Positions 47,552 through 47,681 of a stretch of 47,681 nt of DNA are shown here, one piece after another. How positions within the stretch are numbered: position 1 is the stretch's first letter; every line of letters begins with the position of its first letter. Position numbers and translations under genes: made by a program. The notes under the pieces are model-generated. The model was not told the DNA's origin and did no database searches. It saw only the letters and a program-made list of their open reading frames with translations. The stretch comes from an uncultured Bacteroidaceae bacterium. Its GTDB lineage: Bacteria; Bacillota; Clostridia; Christensenellales; CAG-917. Location of the stretch: contig CAZQGE010000005.1 in the NCBI GenBank assembly GCA_964592815.1, positions 1-47,681 on the forward strand, given 5' to 3'.

Positions 47552-47681
47552 ACATAATTTTGAACAAAACTTTTTTTGTAGAATTTTGTAATTAGATGTT
47601 TCAAAATTATGCGAAAGTAATGCAAATTCCTTTGCATTTCTTGTTTTATGTTGACTTTGAACAAATTTAGAATTATGGCTA

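Overview
A low-GC, gene-dense chromosomal segment from a spore-forming Bacillota organism, probably Clostridia (inferred from gene content). About 39 credible CDS are present, mostly on the minus strand. I saw no rRNA, tRNA, CRISPR array or mobile element. Housekeeping and metabolic genes: trxB (5'-partial), nrdG-like activase, citrate synthase, ung, a glycogen cluster (glgB-C-D-A, then glgP, a GH13 and an MFS), ispE, gltX, radC, greA, lysS and an SDR. Sporulation-linked genes: a SPOCS/LysM coat protein, veg, a cwlD-like amidase, a PRC-barrel protein and a candidate small forespore protein. The most interesting region is 33-41 kb. It has two different split transketolases, two paralogous tandem SCP2-like (lipid-carrier fold) proteins and a class III aminotransferase resembling the aminopentol/fumonisin aminotransferase FumI. 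The second transketolase has lost the acceptor-hydroxyl Asp and a phosphate-binding Arg. Together these suggest, as inference, an undescribed transaminase + transketolase route for long-chain 2-amino-1,3-diols such as sphingoid bases. Non-coding signals include a symmetric four-DnaA-box cluster between two sporulation-type genes, two structured leaders, leaderless genes and two degenerate tandem-repeat arrays. All family calls come from motif recognition only; no searches were run.
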